This document shows positions 48,469 through 48,605 of a stretch of 48,605 bases of DNA, piece by piece. Source of the DNA: Elainellaceae cyanobacterium (lineage in GTDB: Bacteria; Cyanobacteriota; Cyanobacteriia; CAZCXK01); the NCBI GenBank assembly GCA_051117555.1, contig JBNPEG010000079.1, forward strand, positions 1 through 48,605, given 5' to 3'. Position 1 is the first letter of the stretch, and each line of letters starts with the position of its first letter. The notes under the pieces are model-generated. The model had not been told where the DNA came from. It saw nothing but the letters and a program-made list of their open reading frames with translations, and did no database searches. The position numbers were made by a program, and so were the translations under genes.

Positions 48469-48605
48469 AGCAAATTTTTTAAACCCCAGCTACTTGGGGT
48501 ATTACTTAACTGAATTAGACACCGAATTAAGATTTTTTTACAGTTTCTTCCAGAGTAGTCGGTTTTCTCGACAGCGATTCGATACAATCACAACAACAAA
48601 TCATT

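Noticed and set aside
1..48605. tRNA, rRNA, transposase, integrase, prophage or defence-system genes
   Set aside because: None recognised; all mobile elements seen are non-autonomous. The remaining short ORFs overlapping called genes are treated as shadows.

Overview
Cyanobacterial chromosomal DNA. The evidence is very frequent HIP1 octamers (GCGATCGC), ndhO, minCDE, a gghA-like gene and an hpsU-like gene. Gene content suggests a filamentous, probably non-heterocystous Leptolyngbya/Oculatella-like strain (inference only). Most of 1-38.5 kb is housekeeping: quinone oxidoreductase, REC-PAS adenylate cyclase, gghA, minCDE, NlpC/P60 plus serine hydrolase, GT2-GT2-hpsU, ndhO, mdh, nnr, mnmA, sat, a pseudo-caspase, rlmN, cobM, divergent class II and class I FBP aldolases, and a PLP decarboxylase. 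38.5-46.4 kb is accessory: an attC-like site, a DUF433 antitoxin with two broken PIN-toxin fragments, a 21-bp heptad array, and three GT-C-like membrane proteins bracketed by two copies of one MITE. The most interesting signals are non-coding: (1) a ~50-nt NsiR1-like sRNA with a DIF1-like promoter and terminator between rlmN and cobM, (2) four CRP-type boxes phased exactly 22 bp apart upstream of a structured RNA, (3) Fur-like boxes on the class I aldolase promoter, and (4) several miniature mobile elements, some nested and with intact target-site duplications. Family assignments come from motif recognition only; no database searches were run.
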